From positions 434,001 through 496,000 of the forward strand of contig NW_019091403.1 of NCBI RefSeq assembly GCF_001949145.1: DNA of 62,000 bases, read 5' to 3'. The notes beneath the pieces were generated by a model, which worked only from the letters and a program-made list of their open reading frames with translations, did no database searches and had not been told where the DNA came from. This document shows, piece after piece, positions 51,655-62,000 of this stretch. A program made the translations under genes and the position numbers. The DNA comes from Acanthaster planci. Lineage: Eukaryota. How positions within the stretch are numbered: position 1 is the stretch's first letter; the number at the start of each line of letters is the position of its first letter.

Positions 51655-51811
51655 ATATATGTTACGGGAGACCTATTAAGATCATTCATCATATCAGTGT
51701 TCAAAAACAATTATGAATCTGAACTCGTAGAAATGGGTAATCTTCTCAGGCCCCCTGTGAGAAATTGATTGAAGGTCATGGTGGGGAATTTCCATTATGT
51801 CTAAATTCAGC

Positions 51812-51994
51812 TTTTTTACAAGATGATGAATGAAAGAATGTGGCATCTATTTCAGCAAATAAATAATAGGCACGTGGGAAATTTGCATAAGTAGTGACTG
51901 TCTGGGTAGGTACTCTCGAGGAGACCCAACCCACACTTAATGTGGGGGAGGATTTTTTTACAAGATGATGAATGAAAGAACATGGCATCTTTTG
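51812..51994. repeat. 41-bp direct repeat pair, 142-bp spacing
   Basis: TTTTTTACAAGATGATGAATGAAAGAA(TG/CA)TGGCATCT(A/T)TTT at 51812-51852 and 51954-51994. Confidence 0.85.
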
Positions 51995-53872
51995 AGATGA
52001 CATAAGACCTGCACTGTCTGGATACATCACGGGCTACAACGTAGTCAAGACGGGGAAAATACTGGAATGCTGAAGACATCATTCTTTCAGTAGCGTTGTC
52101 AATGGTATATTGATGTATTCTAGTCTTGAAGTCATTCCAAGGTCCGAGGCATTCAAGAAATGGCATGTTGAACGATAGAGAACATCAAAATTGTGTCACC
52201 TTTTTGATACGCAAGCGAATTTGATTGGGATCATGGTCACAATCCTTTAAGTAAGATTAAACCAAATCCTTGCATACTGCACCTCTTAAAAATTTGGTGA
52301 ACCTTCATTAGAATTGACAATTCAATTAAAAGCTCAAACAAAATTTCCCAGCTTTTCTGACCCCTTGAAAATAGATTTCCCCAAATTTTCCATGGAAAAT
52401 TTCCACCGCCTCCCACCTTTGGCAGTCTGGTTACGGGGCATTTGCCTTGAATGCCCCCTTCAGGCTGCTACAGATTTGTTGTGAAAGTTAGCCAGAAAAG
52501 TCTGCGCACAACTCTTCGGTGTGCACTACCTGAGGTTTCCCAGATACATTACCTCAGAAAATTCATTTGATTTTGTTTCCTTTTTCGGTGGTGAAAGTGA
52601 AAGATCAGCCATCCGTTGTAATTTCCACCGATAATTTAACCACCAACAATGTACATGTATGTCGTGACACCTGGGTGCAAAGCGTGCGCATGTGACTCGC
52701 TCCGTCAAAATGAGTCACATATCACTGGAGCTACTTTTGACTGTGACTTTGTATTAAATTGAGGAATTTGAGCTCTTTGTTTTAATGCGTCATTCAGTTT
52801 GATACAATGAAAAAGAACGTTCTGCAGATATTAAAATGCTGAGGATTCCTGTTGCTTAAACACTGCTCGAGATTCATCCAAAGGCGTTTAACTCCAAAGT
52901 GGCTCTGGTGACATGTGACTCGTTTTCACAGAGCGGGTTACACAGACTAACCTTGGGTTCTAAAACTACTGGAAGTTGGTTATATGTACCCCGCATTGTT
53001 ACTCCACCGTCTCTTTTCTCTAGGCTTATGAAAGTGCAGTCCCTAAAAAAAGTCAGCATTCACAGATTTTGATTGTATCGACGTATGACTCACCATTTTT
53101 GTTGGGGCAAAACGAGATCAGTACGGTCACAAAGCTGGTGACCATTGCGTGTACTTTAACTCAATATAGAGCAAGTGTAATACACTCAAGGTTTATAGCA
53201 GAGAAGTTGTCAAGAACAATTTCCTGGTTGGCTTCATGGAACAAGAATTCATGTAGAACCACAAGCTGGCGGCTAGAAAGCCAATCTAGGGTTCTAAAGC
53301 TTGAGGAAAAGCGCAGGGAAGTATCAAAAGATTTTGTAGCATTCTTCCATTAGTGTTGTGTTGGTAATGCATTAATATGAACGGCAAATTAAAGGATTTG
53401 AACAATCAAATGCATTCTTCGATTTTTTTGGGGGGGGGACGTGGAGGTTGTCACATGACCATGTCAAATGTGTCATTAGTTCCTCATCCATCCCAGACGT
53501 GACATTAATGATACATGTACATCATTTCCTGCTGTGGTAGCAGCAGATGTTTTCTTTGGCACATCCATTGCCATACTCATGTTCTGAATATCGTAGACAG
53601 CACACCAAAACACGCATATTGGTTGAAGGATGTAAAGTTTTTATAGGGAAGTTCCACACTCAAGCGCCTTCTTGTGTCCTGTTTTTTTTTTTATTTCCCT
53701 TATTTGGGTCCCTGGTCATCGAGAGTTGACTCAGCCACGTTCAGTTATTATTAATAAATACATTACACGATTACCCCTTACTCATGATATCAGTTCAATT
53801 AAAGGTTTGAAGCTTATTCACTCTGAGAGAAGTTTTGAACTTCATTCCATTGATGCTACAATTTGTTGTGTG

Positions 53873-54212
53873 CCCGGCAAAAGGTCGTAAGCGTGCTTAC
53901 GCCCCTTTGCCTGAAAGCATGATCACAGTAGAAAAAATGTTCCCGGTAAAAGGGTGTAAGAAACACACTCTCTTTATTTAGTAAAAACGTATAAAATTTG
54001 CCATAAAATCAACACAGGCTTTGCAAAAAGCAACCTTTGAACAACTTATCAAATGACTTGGAAATTTTTTTTGTGTAACTATTTGCAAAGAAATCTTTAT
54101 ATTTCATTTAAATAAAACAGTTGCATACAAACGTCCTTTGGCTGGGAAATTTTTTTTGCAGCGATTATGCTTCCCGGCAAAAGGTTGTAAGCGTTTACGA
54201 CCTTCTTCCTGG
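53873..54212. repeat. Three related hairpin-forming motifs CCCGGYAAAAGGKYGTAAG...
   Basis: Copies at 53873, 53942 and 54173. Copies 1 and 3 are followed by their own inverted complement. Confidence 0.7.
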
Positions 54213-54989
54213 CACCTGACAATTTGATGTTAAAACACATTTTTCTCCAGATTTTTTGGCCCCCCCTATAATTCGAGTTTACTAGCTGTGAGTCCCTGAC
54301 ACAGTTTTCCAACTCATCCATCACCCATTGGATGATTATTATCAATTAACTTGGCTGACCTGCCAAACTTGGCCAGCAGTGACTTCGATCAAGGTCATCT
54401 TGCCCACTGTGGCCATTTCACCACTGGTCTCTGATTTTGAGAAGACAGGAGACCCGCCCATAAATGTGCGAGATTTTGGTGCTCATTCCCGGCTTGATAA
54501 GTAGACACATCGATTGGGCATGATAAGCAACAACAGCTGCCATCATTGGCCCCGACAAGATGATCTCATAGAATTCTTAGGATTGGTTCCCACCATTCTT
54601 ACCTGTACGAGGTTAGGTCGCACTGGAATGGTGCCAGACTGTCAGAAGCCTGACAGTAAAAGATTTGCAGATTTTGAGTCTTGATTTTTCTACTGCTTCA
54701 ATCTGAACAGTTGCTCATCCCCATTTGATCAGACCATTTCCACGGTGTTCTTTGACAGTTTCTAAGCAACAAATACTGCTCAGGAAATCCACATGCTAAG
54801 CAAAAATGAGATAAAAATCGGTCATAGTGAATAGAGAATGAATTACTTCATAGCTGGTAATCAATTTTTTGCTTAGAAGATATTTTCTCTGCGTAGCAAT
54901 TTTCCACACTCTAAAGCTCTGTATAAGCAGAAGTTCCTCGTTTCTTGAATCCAGCTTTTCATGTTTTTTTTTCTGTCTTGGCGGATTAG

Positions 54990-55112
54990 CTGCTTTTGGG
55001 ATGCCCGAGACCAAGAAGAGCCGCGCCTCCAGTCTGAAGAACTTCATGAGGTTCCATCTGTCTAGCAAACCAAAAGAGGAAAGTGTCAGCCCCAGGCCGA
55101 CCCGTAAGACAG
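54990..55112 (+). CDS. Internal coding exon D: (A)AFGMPETKKSRASSLKNFMRFHLSSKPKEESVSPRPTRKT
   Basis: Polypyrimidine tract then ATTAG acceptor, donor CAG|GTAAGC, 123 nt, phase 1 to 1 (symmetric), coding-like composition. Confidence 0.85.
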
Positions 55113-56456
55113 GTAAGCAAGAGAAAGGAGCTTGGTTTTGAAGAGATTCTTCTTCCAAACTGGATTGTTTCACCTAAACTAGAATCAGGGAAGTGCATGA
55201 TAATATAAAAAGAGAGCAGTATTGTTTTTTGAAATAGGCACACTGTTTTCTCAATGTTTGGTTCGATTTGAAATCAAACCAGCTGTGAGCTGTGACTTTG
55301 TGACGTTTACCGTACTATTTTGTCTTACTCCAGATTGTCTTGTTGGAAGGTCAGTGAACTCACTACCTCACCTTAGGAGTGGCTCCCCCTTAAACATAGA
55401 AATCGAAAAAGTTTCAGCCTGAGACGTGTCTGGTTAAATGAAGTTCAAAAAGTTCAAGAACTGCCCCTCATAATTCTCACCTTGGAGGGATACAGCACTA
55501 TCCTTCAATTCCAAAGTTGGGATTTCTTTCCCTCATTTTGCAGCTGGGCAAAATACCAAATCAATACCATTCTCCTCCCTCTCTGTCTTGAGCAGCAATT
55601 AACCTCCCGTCGACCCAAAACGCATCATCGACTGTACACCCCCATAAATATCATTCCCCTCATGAAACCAACCATCCAATAGACTCTCACACCGCCTTCG
55701 TGTAAGACGGTCGGGGAGCCACTCACTCAAAGCCTAATCGACCGGGGACCCCACTCTGTTGCTCAGGCCCAGTTAAAATTGGAGAGGAAAATCATTACTC
55801 GCACTTTGTCTTTGCTGGAATCTTGCAAAGTACTTATTCCATTTGAGGACTTTTATCTCCAGGAATTGGAGCAATCCAAAGCACTCTTTTGTAGCCCCCC
55901 TCTTGAAAATATTCCTGAAATGATTTCACAACTGAGTCTCAAATGCAGCCGTTTAAGTCCTCAGTGAAAGCTGGCAGGACTCTGGCGTCACCCGATATAT
56001 CCCCAATGGGTATTGATTTATTGTTTTATTGAGCTGGTCTGATTTCCTGAGCAGAGAGCGATGCTTGGGTGGCATCACATAGCTCAGGATAAAAAAAAAA
56101 CCACCTCCGCCAGCCACTGTATTTCTAAAATTAAGCTCAGTACGACATAAAAAGAGAGTAAGGATACGAAACTGGAAGGACAGAGGATAGTGTGTTTGGT
56201 CGTTAATCAAAGGATGGGAAGATACAAGGTGTCAGAGCTGTGTCATTAATTGAGGTAATGGTTCCTTGTGAGACACAAAAGCTCATGCTATTTTGATTTG
56301 AATGAGTTATGAGCACTGAGCTCTGACATTTTCCTTTGTTGTTTTTTTTTTGGGGGGGGGACATCATCTTGATGACAGCAGAAATCAGCGGGTGGGGAAA
56401 TCCAAGTTTGCAGACAACGAGGTGCATGGCTTGTCTCTGTGTTCATGTGTTTGCAG

Positions 56457-56545
56457 ATTTCGATAGCAAGTATGACGAGGAAATCAAAGTGCTCATGAAC
56501 CAGCTCAAAGAGGGCAAGTTGACCCAGGAGGAGGTCTGTGAAAAG
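56457..56545 (+). CDS. Internal coding exon E: (D)FDSKYDEEIKVLMNQLKEGKLTQEEVCEK
   Basis: Acceptor TGTGTTTGCAG, donor AAG|GTGGGT, 89 nt, phase 1 to 0, strong G/C third-position bias, helical-looking peptide. Confidence 0.85.
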
Positions 56546-56789
56546 GTGGGTCGCGGCCCTTCTGTGGTAAACATGTTTTCAAATTTCTGTAGTCACACTT
56601 ATCTAGTTTTCTAAGGAATTAACCTGTAGTTTGGGATTTTCAGAAATCACATGTTGCTAGCTCCCTAAAGACAAAGTAAAATTCAGCTCTTGTGACCTAC
56701 CTGCAAGAGCTTTTTTTGTTTGCATGTGGCACGTAATGCTTGCTGATATCAGTACTTGTCCGTGGTGAGTAAGTGTGAAGTATGCAAGA

Positions 56790-56992
56790 TATTTATCTGA
56801 GTGAGATTCAGATTTTCATCTGAATATGTAAAGTCAGAGTTTCATTTGAATGTGCACAAAAAATAAGATATTCAGCCGAATCTGCATAAACATCTGCTTT
56901 TTGTCTGTGCACCAAAAATAAGATTTTTGGCGAAAAGTACATAGACAGGTTTTTGTTTGAATGAGCAAAAAAATCAGATTTCTATCTGATTT
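56790..56992. repeat. Degenerate ~55-bp tandem repeat, 3-4 units
   Basis: TGTGCAC(A/C)AAAAATAAGAT at 56851 and 56906, a related unit near 56960, and TCAGATTT..ATCTGA at 56808 and 56974. Confidence 0.55.
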
Positions 56993-59900
56993 TACACAGT
57001 CAGTAGAATTTATGCAACCTTACACCTGCCGTATGCACTCAGCAACAGTGGTCTTCAAGGTTTATCCTGCCTTTTTTTCTCCACAGAGGGTGAACTTGTG
57101 CACAGAATTTGTAGGGTTTTGTTTGGATTTGATTTGAATAATTGATGCTCATTAGAGCGAGGAATCGGTGAAATAAATTACCTTTTCCGCAAAATGAATC
57201 AACAAGGAAGCCGCCAACAAATGTACACCTTTTCTGTAACCTCCATAGCTTCAACAACACCAAGACTCTCTCTCTCTATGTTTGAGTAAAAGCATCAAAT
57301 TTTTTCTTGCTGTAATGCTGCTCTCTGTAGAATGAGACAGAGTGACATGATAAGTGAATTGTAGGTAGTCTGTCAATTTCCATCAAGTCGACCACTTTGG
57401 CCCATTACTTGGTGGATGCATCCTCCGATAGCGGGCCTCGCTCGCACAAACCCCGGCTGCTTCACAAGAGAAAAAATAAAGCATCATTTGCCTTGTCACG
57501 TCAGATTACCAATTAGTGTTCTGTTACACCACCGTGGGGCAGCACCGGTTCCCGCAAGTGGAGGGAGCCGGATAGGTAGTGCTCGAGCACTTTTTGGTCG
57601 GTCCTCATCCACCTCCTGGCGCAACGGGGCATAACCGGCAAAGATCAGTCCAATCTGATCTGCCGCTTCCGTTTCCTTGTTTCGGAAGGAATACTCCAGT
57701 GTCTTAATTCTCCAAAGCCTTCTGCCGGCCGTGGCGCTCGACGGCTTGAGTTTTCATGCTCAGAGCTCGAATTAGTTTGCAAAAAGAACAAGAAAGTTTG
57801 GGCAAAGATGTGCAGAAGACGAGGGCTCAGAAGAAGAAAAAAAAAATTGAGTTTTGCCAGGGGGCTGAAAGTAGAGCCTACTAGAACTCAATGACGCGTA
57901 GCCCGTCCATTGTCCGCCCTGACCATTTTATCCCCTTTCAGCAGCAATATGGCAGCAATTTAAGGACATTTGCAGAGAGATAATGCATCGACTCTCAGAT
58001 TTCGAGCTCATGTTTCCCTCCTCTCTAATAAAAGTAAAAAGAACCATCCCGTCTCGGATTTAATTGTGGCCAGGGACAATAGAGTGACACGGCCTCAGTG
58101 GGGTGTAGGAAAAACAAAAATGGCTCTCTGGTTGCGACTGGAGAGAATCGAGAGAGATCCGAGTCGGTCTGGAGAGTGGAATGGAAGAAGAGGAGTGGAG
58201 AGATGGAAACGGGGAAAATAGGAGCTGTGAAGTGAAGACAGAGAGAGAGAGAAAAGGCAACTCTGAATTAATGTGATAACAACGAGAAATTGACATTGAT
58301 TTTTCTTGTTGGGAGTGAAAAATGCATCCTCCAGAGTGCATCTTGCATGGCGGGGATCTATCCTCGTGCACGCCTTCCTTATTTTTTTTTTAATCGAGCT
58401 GAAGTGCAAATGAAAATAAGGTTTGGAAGAATGTGCCGTTGCAGTGTAAACAACTAGCAGGGTTCATGACACAATTTGATGGGGGGTGTGTGTCAGTAGA
58501 AAAGCCCATCACGGACGAGCTCGCACTATTCATGAATTGGGGCGTTTTACGTTACAGAAAAATGATACTCGTCTGACTCAAGCGGCAGTGGCCCAATGAG
58601 ATGAGGACCAGGGCAAATCGTTTCAGTAATTTCTCAGGCTTCCATAAAAAGAACGATGGAACTATTTTACTTTCTAGATACCCACGTGCCCTCCCAACAA
58701 CAGTAGCAATTCGCGATACATTGCATCACCGATTGAAATTATTGACAGATTGAAGTGTTTTTCTGGCTAAACATTATCGTTTCGCAGAAGCCATTTTGAA
58801 GGGATGCGTGTTTGTGTTTTGTTTCGGTTCATGCACACAAGTAAACTTCTTGAGCACCGGAGTGACTGAAAACGACAAAGGCATCTTCAAAGTGGCTGCT
58901 GTGCGCAAACTGTCCATTCCCGCGAGAGATCAACACAGAATTTGTGAAGGGTTAAAAACCATTTACATTTGACTCAGTTCACAAATCCTATCTTATCCCT
59001 TGCTTTAACCAGAGTGTCAGTCAGCATCTCTGCTTGTTTGTCCATAGCACTTAGACTGAGTTGAGAAAAAAAGGGGGCTTTGATTTTTGGAGGAGGAGCA
59101 CATACAGAATTGAATTATTTTTTTCTACTTCTTCTTTGCCTGGCCTATTCTCCATATTCTGTCCCAGCATTTCCGTTATTTCCGCGTCCTGGGGGCGAGG
59201 CAGAACCAAATAACCAGCCCTGCTGTATAAATTTGAAATTAGAATTAGACATCCCCACCCTGGGTCACCCCCTACCCCCTAGGGGAGCGTGACAAACATG
59301 CATTTCTGTCTCCCTGGCGAAGACACCCAAAAAAGGTCATTGTGCTGGGGGGGGGATGTCAAGGCGGATCTCTATCACACAGGCCAGAATCACTGGTTCA
59401 GGGACATCTGTGCCCTCCTGCAGTCATTGCAAATTTGTAAACAAAAAAAATTGAGATGCCTGAGAGTGAGGTAATTAAAAAAAAAAAAAGGATGTCTCTG
59501 CCCTCCAAAACAGATTTTGAGTTGGGATTTATTTTAACAGCAGTAAAGCTTTTTTGGAAATACCTTTATTTGTGAATGTACTTTTCCCTTCTCTGCATTT
59601 TGACAATGCTGGCTGATAACAGCTTCGTCACAAAGTTCCAATCAAGTGGATTGTTCTGAACTTTTTTGATGTCAAGCAGGAGGATTGTAGAATGATTCTA
59701 CAAGTCAGGCTAAATGTCAGCAGTTTTTTCATGACCATGTCTGCAGAAGTGTCAGCTGGGCTTTTTCTGTGGCCTTGAAGTGCAGGGCCAGCATGCAGAA
59801 CTTCTGCCCGCTATGTCATTTTTTGGGGGGGAAAATACCAGTGAAATGTTGCTTCAAAGGACAATTGTGGCAGAGTGTAGCTTGTTTGATTTTCTCAACC

Positions 59901-62000
59901 GCCCGGAGGTGGTTTGCAGGCCGAGACGTAGCCACAATAATGCCATCTCCTTTCATTAATCTCTCACCGTGGCAACCAATCGTTTGGCCAGTGATGACCC
60001 GATGTTTGGATAAATAACAGGCCAAGCTGTAACCGATACAGCACCATCTCCTGGGTATCTGACTGCGACAAAAACACGGGGACACGGACGCTTTATCGAT
60101 GGCATCCCCGTCGCATTCATCTCCTTTTGGAAGGAAAAAAGTACACAAGAGCGCCCAGGATTGAAGTCTCCACTGCTCAGTACAAAAGAAACAGTGTCTT
60201 TTGTGCTCACCGTGGATCAAAAAACAGACACTGCAAAAACAGCGTCTCGCGATAGTGCAGCGCCATTCTTATCCAGACTTAACAAATGGACTTTTCTTTT
60301 TTTTTTCTTTCGTCGTAGTGCAACAATTGAGAGCCATTCTCGGGGGATTGTACAGAGTGGCAATGCCATTACTTGAAAAACAAACAACTCTCTTTTTTTT
60401 GGGTGAGAAGGCATTCAGCAGACGTGTCTGCCAAATGCATTTCTGAGATGTCTGCAACGTGGCAAATTCTCGGTGGAATAGGAAGCTGCAAAATAGATTC
60501 ACTACATTTTTGGGTACATTTTTCTGTCATCAGGTATGGGTACATTTGTTGTGACAGTACAAGCGTGTCCGGGTTCTGGCCCAAAATCAACCGATTCTTT
60601 TTACCAATTAAGGACGTCAGCTGCCTTTTCAAAAAAATATCCTTCTCAAGTCGTCTGTTTTTCCTGTCTTTCATTCTAAGATGTTCAGTCAGCAAAAAAA
60701 TTGGAACGAGATTCAATATCCATTTGAAAGAAACCCAAGCTGATGAAATATTGTATTTTCCAATTCATATACATGACTATAATGCCTTAACTCCCCTCAA
60801 ACAAGGGATTCAGTTAAACGTGTACACTTCAAAAATTTGATTAGATTGAAATCTTCAATAAATTCATTTGTCACTTAAGGAAATTATACAGCATTTATTG
60901 ATTGATTGATACGCATAAGCCATCATTATGTACTGTCAATTTTTTTAAACAAAGACAAAGATGAAGAAAAAAAACCTCTAATAATTGCCTGGCCTGGTGT
61001 TCGTGATTTTTACCTGCATCAAAAAACGTGACTTGTCCAGACCTGCAATCGCTGGTTCGGAAAGGAATTCTCAACCCTGTACGGGCTGACCTTTGAATGC
61101 AGTAATCAATGAGAAATAGCCCGCGGCTGCTGTGAGCCGGCATAGGTTCACCAATAGCCTGCAACGGGAAGCAGTCCTGGGCAGGCACAGAAATAGCTTT
61201 TTTAAAATGTGATAGGTCCACCTAGAGCCATATTTTCTGTGGTAAAGAAACAGTATAGACACAAGAAATGAGTTGTTTTAAATGGTTTGAAAACATGTCA
61301 AAACATTCGTAATTTGACAGCTAATTTGTCTTATTACCTGAAATGCTGTTGGGCTTTGTTTTAATGAAAACAGGTGATGAAATTAGGAGGAAATTAAACC
61401 TGCACTGGCTGATGGATTGTTTGTGCCATGAACCATGTACTATGAACTTTTTAAAGAAGTCCCTTTCCCGACGCTGTAAAGCACTGTCATTGCATGCTTC
61501 TTTAGTTAGAAGAAAAACATATTCTTCGACTGCTTGAGCAGAGACTATTGACCTGTGGTTTTCATTCTGAAACAGGGCTGAACAAATCCACTGTTCCTAC
61601 TGGGACTGAAAGATAAAATGTTGCTTTGACCGAATAAGTTGTTGTTAAAAACAAAAGGAAGAACAAAAACAAGAAATGGATGAAGTCTTTGCCTGAGTGT
61701 TTTTCTTGTACCTCAACGGGCAAAGGTCCCCTGCTCTTTAAATTACAGTCGGCACATATCTTGCGCTTTTTCTAGGTCAGTCAGTACAGGTAGCTTTGCT
61801 GCAAACGAAGAAGGAAGAAAAACCCGACATCAGTTGGGCTTCCTGTCGACGACAAAAAGGAGTATGGTTGGGTTACCCGAAGAGTGCATGTATGCCAAAG
61901 AAACAGAGATGATACTGTTGTTGCCTTGCTCTTTTCACAAATTGTCCAACCCAACGTTTTTTTCCCCTTCTACTTGTTTGCCTCACCCCCCCATATCTCG

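Noticed and set aside
57087..57110. Next exon after E at acceptor TTTTTTTCTCCACAG
   Set aside because: Only a weak donor (TTT|GTAGGG) before an in-frame stop; no convincing further exon seen up to 62000.

Overview
Eukaryotic, AT-rich, mostly intronic animal DNA. The high TACATGTA content, tRNA-SINE and MITE types suggest a marine invertebrate (inference only). None of the long six-frame ORFs looks like a real unspliced gene. Reading splice sites by hand gives the 5' part of one + strand gene with five small, phase-compatible coding exons (5078-5242, 40055-40119, 50457-50503, 54990-55112, 56457-56545). They join into an uninterrupted 163-aa N-terminus that continues past the window; I do not recognise the protein family. 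The ~35-kb first intron and the window start hold several candidate alternative first exons or promoters, and a possible recursive splice site. Repeats include a 247-bp MITE with perfect 25-bp TIRs and a 4-bp TSD, a second copy spanning a 1,045-N assembly gap, a tRNA-derived SINE, a LINE-like 3' end, several foldback or palindromic elements and short tandem repeats. I found no CRISPR, rRNA, intact tRNA or intact transposase/RT ORF, and no convincing evidence of a wholly new biological system. The most interesting signals are the multi-promoter gene architecture and the palindromic element families.
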